From Lepidodermella squamata (Eukaryota > Animalia > Gastrotricha): a DNA stretch of 64,000 bases. Location: contig JBLDXI010000024.1 of the NCBI GenBank assembly GCA_047495785.1, positions 124,001-188,000 of the forward strand, written 5' to 3'. A program made the translations under genes and the position numbers. Position 1 is the first letter of the stretch; every line of letters begins with the position of its first letter. Shown here piece by piece: positions 24,591-35,668 of this stretch. The notes beneath the pieces were generated by a model. The model was given only the letters and a program-made list of their open reading frames with translations. It was not told the origin of the DNA and did no database searches.

Positions 24591-25447
24591 TTACGCGCGT
24601 TCAATTTCGCGAACGCTTAAATCGTCCAGAGCATTCACCTCCTACAAAATACAAAAAACAAGGTAAACAATTTGAACTCTCGGTAAGCCACTCGGTAAGA
24701 AAATACTCTAATGCAATCGTAAATTCGCAAAAATTTTTGTCAAATATTAATGCCAGTTCCTAAAATTTTTAATTTCAAAAGTTCATCCAACATAAAAAAA
24801 ATAGGTAAATTAAAATAGCCCAAAGACTTACTGCTGCAGCTTGACACAAGACACAGCCGCCTAAGCAGCACGAGAGAACGCAGTCGATGGGGAAGGATCC
24901 GTCGATGCTCTTCTTTTGCCGGACTTGCTCACGCGCCTTTGCTAGGAAATATACGTTGGCGATCGGAATGCTGCAGAAAAAAACAACATTTATTTAATTT
25001 GTGTCGCAAAATCAGAATAATTATCTAACATAAGAAACCCCCAGGGTCATTAAAAGAGAGCTACTCGAATGCCCCGAGTGACATTATTTCATATTCTTAG
25101 TAGCTTCTAGCTTCTATTGGGTATCATTCGCCAATGGAGGATTCCTCAAAATATGGAACTATCCAAGTGATTCATAAATTTTTGAGAATATAATTTCCTT
25201 ACCAAGATACGCAGCCGCATTTCAAACAACTCTCTCCGAGCTTCTCGTAGATCTTTCCTAAAAATCAAACGAAAATGAAAAAGAAGAGGAGAGCAATCAC
25301 CCCATTTACCGTATGTGAAGCAAGGAACGAACCATGTGATCAAGCAGACCTAAACAGAATTCAAACTGCTGATCACATTATCAAGGCGAATTGACGTCTT
25401 ACCTTGAGGTCTTTATGGCAGCAAAAAAGTTCATGTTTCCAACCCAT
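24591..25447 (-). CDS. PLAC8/cornifelin-family Cys-rich protein (109 aa); exons 25447-25403, 25349-25310, 25257-25203, 24970-24832, 24641-24591
   Basis: Spliced product MGWKHELFCCHKDLKVCLITWFVPCFTYGKIYEKLGESCLKCGCVSCIPIANVYFLAKAREQVRQKKSIDGSFPIDCVLSCCLGGCVLCQAAAEVNALDDLSVREIERA has the PLAC8 pattern (W...LF.C..D...C..T.F.PC...G; R..vR....I.GS...DC....C...C.LCQ...E); all intron phases are compatible. Confidence 0.88.
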
Positions 25448-27641
25448 ATTTGCTTGAATTATTTGACAATATCTTTCTAAACACTATGAACAACGTAGCA
25501 AGTAATTAATCAGCAAACAGATTCGAACATCGTGAGATTAGATAACAGGTAAAAAGCGCCATAAATATATTCTGCGTTTAAGAATAAGCTTTTCTTGGCT
25601 ATCATCTTGAGGATAATATTAAGATCAGATATCAGTATAGCGAGTAGCGAGTGGATCTAATCACCTGAGTTACGGCTTAGAGCCACGGGGTCGATTAATT
25701 TATAGATTTGGTCCACTTATAACCAGATATAGCCGAACGTTCGCCACTGGCGCTTCTGGCCCATGATCCTATAACGCAAATAGCACAGGCATACTATTTT
25801 CTCAAGTCTACTCCTGCTGATAATACTATTATTAATATTGCACATACTGCTACGGTGTAAACACAGGCCTAGCCGCTAACATAGTAAACCGGCATTGAAG
25901 AACACAGTAAGGCGAGCGGCCATAGCTATATTTAGTCAGGGGAACACGAAAGCGTGGGTATTAGGCACGGTGTGTCTGGAGGCTGGAGCCAATATGGTAT
26001 AATATGAGGCAGGTACAAAAAAACCCGTCGCGGCAGAAACGAGATAAAGAAACACCGCGACGACCAGTCGTCGCCACGGCCTCGCCGTCATGTGCTTGGA
26101 ATGCCGCGTTTGGCGCATTACATCGAGTGCGGTCGCGACAACAATCGTAAAAGAATTGCACATGCTCTACGCCGTGTTAGCTCGACTCAGAATACGATGT
26201 GCGGCTACACCTAAGCTTGGACTATGAGGCATGGAATAAAACCTTGTCGCGCAGGGCCAACATGCTGATATGCAGCTTCGTTCTACATAATATACGAAGC
26301 TGGCGCCGAATGACACCGTGAAGCATAAGTGTTGCATATTACTTATTCGGTAAAAAGAAAGGTGGTATAATGGAGAAAATGATAACGCACGTATTTAGCA
26401 TATAATCTTAATTATATTCAAATTATACCATATACTCACCGGAACATCTGCTTCTCGTAAAACGATAAATAAATTTATTATATTTATTTGAACAGAAAGG
26501 CGCAGCACTGCGTACTAATGTGGTCGACCACCAAATTGAGGCGTCATTTTTCTTGCATTAGGTCTTGTAACTTTGAAAAAATTCAGTGATCAAACATCTA
26601 AAGATTACAAAAACAAGCTGAAATGATACCCGAAACTAATGTCAGCCTCAAATAAATGTCAGGGTAGGCATTAGGCATGAAACGCACTATAGGACGCCGC
26701 GGCTTCGAAGCTTCCATAATATTTCCTCGAAAAAAAATAATGAGCCAGAAGTGTGAATATGCACACTTTTACATAGCAAAAATCAGCAAGTTGGACTTTG
26801 CACCTCATTAAAAAAAGCCACTATATTTCTGATTTTCTATGAGCCGCGGCGTCTCTTGAGGGTAGGGGTATTTCAATTTTAGGACCCTCTTTTCTGAACG
26901 TTTCTCCGTGAGCCCGTAAAATTTGGTCGCTGGGTCCAACATATAAATGCATGGTAATCTAATAATTAAAAACATGAGCGATCGTGTTTGAGTAAAGCTT
27001 ATGATTTGATGATTTGAGATTATTTGAATTCCGATCCGAATCGGACTAAAGGACCCCCTTCTCTCCCCCACCGTCGTTTTTTCGGGTTTTCTGGCCTAAA
27101 CCTCTTGAAATGGGGGCAGGGTTTGATATTTCCCATAACACCGTGCTTCGTTCGAAGCGACCCCACGCTAGGTTGTGACTCTTCAGTTTTTTGTGTTCGT
27201 ACCAATTTCGAAAAATCAAGTGAAAACTTGCTACCGGCCGGTTTGGGTTGGGTTATCCAAGAAAATGCAGCTCTGGCCATGTGTGAAGTTGGGTTAACTG
27301 TGTTACCTGTGTTACCTGTTTCCACATCTGGTAATGTGCGGCTTCACTCATTTTTATTTTAGTGGTTTCTGTTGCAAAAAGTTTGTAAAGCCGGTTTTTG
27401 TGCATTTTGCGTTCTCTTGTCTAAAATTTAGCGGTACGTCATCCACGCCAAAATCCTTAAAAAATACCTGTAAAAACGGTAAAAACTAATCGACGTATAA
27501 GTAATATCCTATACGGCTGCTTTTTTTGTATACTAGTCGAGCGAGTCGAGGCTATACGGTTATTAGAGCAACAGCGACCTCTTTCCGTCCACGTCTCTTT
27601 CTCGGGCTGCGGCTATTTTAGCGACTTGATTAGGGTTTGAG

Positions 27642-28299
27642 CAGTGGTTCTTCACTGAATGTTTACGCGACCCCTGATTGGTCATTCAAATGAAGTCGCT
27701 ACCCATCACTCTCAAAAAGTCGGAAAGTAAAAGATATTTTATGTAACATTTTGGCCAATTAATATTTGGCCTCCAAACTCCAAACTCTTAACCCGTGAAT
27801 TACTTAACCTTTGCGAGCAAAGCGAGCTTTAGCTGACGATATTTTTCCAGAATTCCTTCTCAAAATGGGCTAAAAATGCGTTAAAAGGGGATTTGAGTGT
27901 TTCTCGCCGTGAGCCGCGAGCTGGGCTAGGCCGCAAGCGATTCGTGCAGTAGAAACTTCGAAGGGGAATCTAGAGCTGCGTAATTGCCTTGCAGGCTGTT
28001 CGGGAACAAGTTGGTAATTGCGTCTGGGGCTTCTCCTTATATTGACAGATTTCAAAGTGAATCAGCGAGCAAAGCGAGAAACTTTTGAGAAAATTATGGC
28101 TATTTATCATTTGGATACGTCGAATTTTGCTGGAAATTATGTGAAATTATGTGCACAAATTATGTGAAACCCTGGACTATTTCCCTCGAAAGAGCCGTCC
28201 GGCCGCACGCAATGCAAGAGATAGGCGGACCTCTGCCGGCCGCCAAAATGGGCCTCGCCCGCCGCATGCGGCCGGAAAAACGGGGTTTGAGAACCACTG
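27642..28299. mobile_element. Possible non-autonomous hAT (Charlie-like) MITE
   Basis: 10-bp terminal inverted repeat CAGTGGTTCT (27642) / AGAACCACTG (ending 28299); internal repeated gcgagcaaagcgag; no matching 8-bp TSD, so old or composite. Confidence 0.45.
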
Positions 28300-28367
28300 C
28301 ACTAGACATTAATTAAAGTTAACTGATTTGACAAATAAAGCGACTTTTAGCGTATGTTATTTGTGTG

Positions 28368-28437
28368 AGGTCTGTGGTAGTTGGTGTAACGCTGCTTTCT
28401 CGTGCGAGAGGTCGGTGGTTCAACCCCCACTTGGCAT
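28368..28437 (+). pseudogene. tRNA-like sequence (pseudo-tRNA or tRNA-derived SINE head)
   Basis: A-box-like TGGTAGTTGG and B-box/T-arm GTGG-TTCAACC-CCAC at tRNA-like spacing; acceptor stem does not pair well. Confidence 0.3.
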
Positions 28438-29068
28438 CAAAAACGGTTGTCAGCGCGGCGGTACAATCGCAGGCCTGCTCGTCTGCGACTATACGACCTG
28501 GTCCTGTCTAGCAGCGGCACAGCCGATCGAGCTAGAACTATACGGCATCAAAGACAAGCAGTATAACAGGGAGTGGGCGTATAATTTATCTTAATTATTA
28601 TTATAACCGGTATATTAACAATAGTTTGCTGGGGTGATAACACAGAGTTAACGAAGAAGTAAATACCCGGCGTCAGTTTTAACCGAATTTTATTTTTATT
28701 TTACCGAATTTTGCGCTCGGTGACTCATTTTTCAGTGTTATAAAACGAGTTAATGAAATACATTAACATCTGATCGCGGAATATAATCATCACATCTCCT
28801 GATAAAGCGCAATAATGCATTGCGCTGAAAATTTATAGGATGTTCATAAATGATGTTGTAAATGCGCCCATTGGCCACGGACACTGTGCGATACCGCAAT
28901 ATTATCCTTCACCATTGACGCCAATTAAAATTGCGTGCTATGCTGAACCATCAACGCCCAGCAGCTTTCTGTCATCTAGGTACGTAAGGACTGAGCGCGA
29001 ACACGAATTACTTGCTTCTAAAACGATTCTCATGAATTGTAAAGCTTTATTGAAAAATCAGTGTGACC

Positions 29069-31152
29069 ATGACAATTCTTCTTTTAATCGCAATCCTGGC
29101 AATACCCCATAATGTTTTAACCATGTATTCGCACGTTGATCTCAACGCATATCTCTGCTGCGGGGGTCCTGTCGGTGATGTAGGAGACGGTGGTCCACCT
29201 GGACCGATGGGCGATATCGGGAAGACAGGCTGGCCGGGCCAAAAGGGTCAAATGGGAGAGCCAGGTAACAACAGTCAAATTTCTTCGGCCATGTCAGCAA
29301 AACAGAACGAGTGCGTCTCTTTTCCAAGGTTATCCTGGGCAGCAAGGCCCAACTGGGCCACGAGGTGTTCATGGCCACGATGGGCAGCAAGGAAAGCCAG
29401 GGTACATATCTAACTATACCAATTTTTTAGCTAGCTGACTAAAACGTTTCTTTTGATAGCTACGCTGGAAAACCAGGCGAAAAAGGCGACAAAGGTGATC
29501 GTGGGGAAGATGGTTATACAGGATTTATGGGTAAGGGATTGGTAATATTCCTAATTATATTGGTCTATTACGATTATTACGATTATTGTTGCTATATTAA
29601 CACGCTCACACTCACTATACCTAAGCGGTTAAGCATTGCCATTGTTTTAGGGGCGTATGGCGCTATGGGTCAAACTGGTCATCCAGGACCGACAGGTGAT
29701 ACAGGTCCTTCTGGTCGAGCCGGTGTTTCGTAAATTGCGCAGTTTGAAATGACACCTAAAATCTAAGCCGATTTGCTTATGCTTTCAGAGGACGTAAAGG
29801 TGACAGAGGGGAGCCTGGTCAGCCTGGCCGTAATGCTCCCGATGGTAATTATAGACGACTTTTAGTTGCATTAGTTTTATAATGAACTTCCCTAGGAATG
29901 ATGGGGGAACTCGGAATGCCGGGTCCAAGGGGACCAACTGGTTATCAAGGCGATGATGGTATAAATGATTTTTACCGATCGGCCTTCACTTGTTTATAAC
30001 ATGTTCTTTAAAATACGATTTGCAGGCCCTAAGGGTCTGAAGGGTGCATTAGGGAAAGAAGGTCGCAGCGGAGTTTATGGAATTTTTGGAAATGATGGCA
30101 CAGGTTTGTTATGCCTGGAAAGCGTCTATTATCTTACTGCTTATTTTATTATTGCAGGAGGTCTGAGTGGAAAGCAAGGCGAAAAAGGAGGTATAGTTTG
30201 ATTAGTTCCAGAGCTATGTTTAACATTATTTATTTTCCACGACCTACCAACATTAGAATGCGGAAATACTGGTTTACCTGGGGAATTTGGATTGGCTGGG
30301 AGGCCTGGACTTCCCGGAGCCAAAGGACCGAAAGGTGAATAGCCTAAATTGTTGTGACAATCTGTTTTTATCTGCTCTCTTAATTTTCAGGAGCAAAAGG
30401 ATGGGGAGGTGGCATTGGTGCGCCTGGCGATCCTGCTTTCGTCAGATGCATAGCAGCCTCTGTCAGCTTGCAGGCAAATGCAACAGTTCCCAGCAAATCA
30501 GATGCTGCTCTGACATATGTCATCGCTTTCGATAACGTACCTTCAATTATAATTGTAAAGCTCAGTAAAAAAATATTTTATTCATAGGTTGTGACAAATA
30601 TTGGAAGCGCGTATGACATGGCATCTGGATGGTTCACTGCACCAGGAAGGGGAATTTACAAAATTGCGGCGGTTGTAACAACTCGCGGCGGTCTGCAGGT
30701 CCAACCGTCGATAGTTCTGCGGCGGTATACCGAAGATGACCACTATGAATACGAGCAAATGCGAATAGTTCACCTTTACGCAACAACAGGTTTGTGTTGA
30801 ATTTTAATTCGCGCGACTCATGATGATCAAATTTTTGTTAGCGCTGTTAAATCGCGGCGACTCAGTAGCTGTTGTTGTGGATCGCCCGCGGCACTCAGCG
30901 AGCCAAACATATGCCGACGATGAAAATAACGCCCGAAATCATGCGGATAATAATTACAAACGCCATAGCATCCAGCGCTACAACCGCCAACACGCCATGC
31001 TAAGGCCAACGTCGGATGATCTGAATGAATTTCACAGCCATGACAGTGATCATCACGCAAAGAAATCACAAACAACAATGATTTTGGGCGACACCTTAAC
31101 GTCTTTTACTGTCTATTTGCTTCATCCCATGGATAGTTTGCTGATGCAGTAA
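29069..31152 (+). CDS. Secreted short-chain collagen with C-terminal C1q domain (C1q/CTRP/otolin-like), ~12 exons
   Basis: Signal peptide MTILLLIAILAIPH; CC motif; ~75 Gly-X-Y triplets spread over ten exons; C1q motifs IAFDN|VVTNIGSAYDMASGWFTAPGRGIY, LNRGDSVAV, TSFTVYLLHP. Confidence 0.88.
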
Positions 31153-31218
31153 TGTAGTAAAAGATGGAGTAGGAATTACACATGTAAATATAGCAAAATC
31201 CGCGACAAATGCCGAAGC

Positions 31219-32256
31219 TCAAAAATTTGCACCACGGTAATAAAAAGTTGCGTGATGATAGCAGCGATTTGCTGTAAAAAAAGAATAATTTAACCTCTTG
31301 GTTTAACATCATCAGAGCAAGCAACTAACCAATGTTGGAAAACAACATTTTTGGAGTCTTCTTCCTCAATGTAGACGTCTCCAAGTAAACGACATCGTGA
31401 CTCTCAGCGAATATACCGGCTTCCTAATGACGTTGGTAAAACAATAAAAATGAAACAGACATTAATTATTATCCAGGCATGCGCCTAAATACTTAGAAAA
31501 TAAAGACTGTTCCTATTATACTACGGGCCGTAAAAATTCTTCCATCAAACTAACATCAGTGGTAACTACTCTCCAACGCGATAGGTCTTTTTTATTGCCG
31601 ACCAGGTAGAGTTGCAAATGCGGAGATTTTGCTCGCTTTAATACCTCAATCCAATTCTTAGCTTTTTCGAACGATTCCTGGAATAAATCAAATTTGTTGG
31701 AGCAAGTTTTACTGATACAAGATACAAGTTCAAGAAATAATAGCTAGCTGTTTAGATAAAGCGCGTGCCAAAAGTTGCTATGCTATTTATAACTAGCTAT
31801 TATTTCTTGAACACCCTGTATGTACTTATACATACCTTTTTAGTTATATCGAAAAGCACCACGCAAGCGTCAATACATTGCCTTGCTAAGATGAATCTAG
31901 CTGCCTGATCATAGCATGCGTAACCTTGGACCTCGAATAAGTCAAATTTGACCAGCATACCATTTTCCAAAACTATTGACTGATTGTCGAAGTCAACTAG
32001 AAGAAGAAAGTACATAATGCTCTAATTTCCGACACAAAAAGCTTCGACCCGAATTCACGAAAACTGCATTTTTTTCTTGCAATGCAATTCAAATATTGTT
32101 CTCACCTCCGTAACTCGACTTGGGGCGGCTGGTGAATTTCGAATTCGGACCGAAACTGTGGATTAAACTGGTCTTCCCGGAGCCATGATCCCCTACCAAA
32201 CAAACTGACAAGTTTTTTCGTAGCCTTGAGCACGGAAGAACGGATGTTGATATCAT
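31219..32256 (-). CDS. Divergent Rab/Ras-superfamily small GTPase-like protein (~193 aa); exons 32256-32106, 31996-31836, 31677-31555, 31423-31330, 31271-31219
   Basis: G1 LVGDHGSGKTSL; CVVLFDIT; ESFEKAKNWI; G4 LVGNKKDL; G5 YLETST; intron phases consistent; start codon uncertain. Confidence 0.8.
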
Positions 32257-33561
32257 ATCTATCGTTGTAGAAGTAGTTGCACAGAATCTCGCAGTTTAAA
32301 TAGCAATGGAATGCGGTTGTGTACTCATGCATACATGTTTGGTATGATCAATACTGTCACCAAGGAGCCATTTGTTTGCGCAGATAGCTCAATAGTTACG
32401 TGAGTAGTTCTGTGCACGCGAAGCCGACCAGTCAGACCTCATAGGCGGCTACGAGGCTCTCACCTATCATCATTTGCCCAATATCGTTAATTTTCGGAAA
32501 AATAGCAGAAAAAGAACTCAATTTATAAAACTGCTGGTTTTATTCGAGTAAAAACTCTTTCAAATTAACGCAAGAATTCGAATAAGCCTCTTGCCATCAT
32601 CGATTCAGTCCGTCTGTACATATTTCTAACTAAACAAAGTTGATAACAACAAGTATTAGAAATAACGTATTCGAAAACATTCCAATGAAACAAAGAGCGA
32701 TAGGTTTTATGATGTATGATGCATATTTTGATGATTCAATCCTCTACAAAAGGGTTCTTCAATAGGGAGATTATGGATTGATAAAATATCATATATTATT
32801 GGTATTTTTCGGCGGCTACGTAAACGTAGCTGTCATAATATAGAAAAATTAATACGCGTCTGACATAAAAAGTTCATCTGTTACGTATATCTGAGCCCAA
32901 TCCTGTGAAGAAGTGTTAGCGGAAGAAGTGGCACAACCATAAAATTCTGATAGTCGCCCATTCCAGGGCTCAAAATTCTACGAATTTACGCAATAAAATC
33001 TTTGATATACGTAAAAATTTCATAAATCATTCAAAGAATGCACAACTCTGGTAAAAAGGATAAGTATTCAATGAGACATGCCGTCAAAGAGATTTCAGCC
33101 AAAGAAATATATAATATATAGTGAAAATGTTAATAACGAATATGATTTGTTCAAATAAAGTTGGATTATATAAACTCCACAACAAAGACTAAACACAACC
33201 ACAATGCGTTGTAAATGGAGTGCTCGACAGCCATTTGAAGCATTCAGAATGAGGCTAATTGCTGTAAATGTAAAATCCGAAGTCTAAAGCACTGTGTAAA
33301 ATCGCATGCTGATAATTCACAACCATGATGAAGCGTATTTTCGCCTAGGCAGTACAGCTTCCTGTCTAATGAGGAGAGCACTGCAAAGAGCAAGAATCAA
33401 CTGCTGAGAGCAGTAACAAACGGTTAGTAGACATTTGTTCAACGTAATAATCACTCAATAAAAAATTAAATGCTGTGCATTGGCATGGGATCGCAAGGCT
33501 TAGCGCTACTGCAGCGATGAATAAAGTAGTATTAATGAGGATTTCAACATATTAGAACCAT

Positions 33562-34784
33562 TTAGAGAGCTGTGTCTTTCGGATGAGCTTCAGGAGGAAT
33601 GCGATTCTGAGCGGCAAATGTAGCAGCAACCAATGGATGTACACCAGCTGCATAAGGCCCGCTAGCTGTAGGCTGACCGTAAGATACTTGGCTGTTCATT
33701 GAGCTAGGCCGAGACATTTGAGAAGCCATTAGCGCACCACTAGCACTGCCGGATGCCAATCCTTGTTGCTCATTAGAAAACCCGAGATTCTGGTACGCGT
33801 AAACTTGAGTTCGGGTGACTTGCGTGGAAGTTCCAGTAGGCGTTGCAGTACTCTAAGAGGAAATTAATGCTATATAAAAACATATCACGTGGAAAATCTG
33901 TTATTGTTACCGTGCGGTATTGATTCTGTTGATTATAACCGCCCACACTACCAGCACCAGCAGAAGGAGCCATGCCACCGCGAACTGATGGCTGGGTGGA
34001 CCATCGGCCGCCAGGTACGGCGTATCCTCCTCCGCCAGCTATCGCTGCTCGAGATGAAAGCGTATTTGACGCTACTGATGGATTGTAACTAACATTGGTT
34101 ATAGCGCGATCGGTTACAGAGCCAGATTTCAAACTTTCCAGACTTTAAAATTGAATGAATCAATGCGACAAATTGAAAAAATAATAATTAAAATTACTCG
34201 GTCTTCTCTGGTTCATAAGCAATATTCACCACTGAAACCGTTTCTGACGTTGCCGGCCTCGGCTTAAATCGAAGCTTACTGCGAAACGCGTTGCTCTTCT
34301 TCCGGGCTTCATAGAAAAACCAAATTGATATTCCATAAGCAGCGACACCGATGGCGATTAGCAGTATAGGAATAAATTCTTCTTTGTCTGACATTCCAGT
34401 TAAGCGATGAAATTTGTAGACAAATAGTAACACCAAGCCAGCAACGACAAATCCAGTAGCTATTGAAACACAGATGATGCCATTTCGAAAGGGTACACGA
34501 CCGGGGCCAAGTTTAGTTTTGTTAAGGGTTTTGTGTACTCGATGTTGATGATAATCTGAATATAACGACCTCGTCGTTACAGCAGACATTCGAGACAATT
34601 GACCCATAGAAGGCACTCTTCCACTCAGAGGTCTGGTATTACCGTATCCCAACGGGGCTTCCAACGCCGGAGGTGATGTGACGCCTCCAGGATTGGCGGA
34701 ATACCCTTGAGATGCTCCAGTAGGGGTCACAGATCCGGGATTGGAGCGATAGGGCTGCGAGGGAGAAGGAATACCGGACGTCAT
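33562..34784 (-). CDS. Uncharacterised two-TM protein with low-complexity cytoplasmic tails; exons 34784-34198, 34142-33911, 33852-33562
   Basis: Two hydrophobic helices (IICVSIATGFVVAGLVLLFVY; FIPILLIAIGVAAYGISIWFFY); 55- and 58-nt GT-AG introns join three ORF segments in frame. Confidence 0.75.
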
Positions 34785-35668
34785 CGTGCGATCAAATTTT
34801 CTACATAAAATGGTTCAACAAAATATTATCCATCATCAACCACGATAGAATGCAAGCAGAAAAAATAAAAAATTTGCTAGCTAAATCGAGAGCTGGAAAT
34901 AAAAGAAGATCTTAAAAGAAATTAAAAGCCTGTATGATAAGGTATTTATTAGCCACACAGAAAGGGGCAAGTTGCACCGGTAAGAATTTTTCTGCTCGTG
35001 AACTTACCTGTAAACACTTTGAGGTAAACAACACCGGTAAGTTGCGCTTCGGTCAACTGTCGAGGTCATTAAGAAATTATAAAATTCAGCAAGAAAAAAA
35101 ACATTTATGAGTTTATGCAATATATTCTTAAAATTAATTAAGGTAATATTGTCGCAGGTAAATGAAGTGGATGAATGAATAAGTTCCGCTCCAAGCACCC
35201 GTGACTGTCTTACGCTGCGCTTGTAGTGGCGTCATGGGCAAGTCCCTGTTTTGATAAATTGGATAACAGCGGAAATTGAGGCGGAAAATCTCAAAGATCA
35301 ACATGACGTGTTAGATTTGGATCCCAAGCTTTCACAATTTGGTCTCAATTTCAAAGAGATGTTAGACGTCATTCTTCGCCCAGGCTCGCTGGGAGAAGCG
35401 ACTTTTAGTAATAAAGTTAGGGTACATGATCATGAATAGTTTGTCCATGAACATGAAGAGTTTTCACATGATCATAGACAAATATCGCATGATTTGCCGC
35501 ATCATGATCGTGCAAGATCTGCGCCCAGCCGCATGAGATCGTGATTGCATTTCATACGGCACAAGACCTTGCGTGACCTCGGGAGGTCCTCCGAGTTCAT
35601 ACGCATGAGATGCAGATGAATACATGAGATTTCACATAATCGTATGTTGGTTCTATATCAGCATGGTA

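Noticed and set aside
24457-24666. 69-aa plus-strand ORF
   Set aside because: Overlaps the PLAC8 last exon and 3'UTR antisense; no recognisable motif
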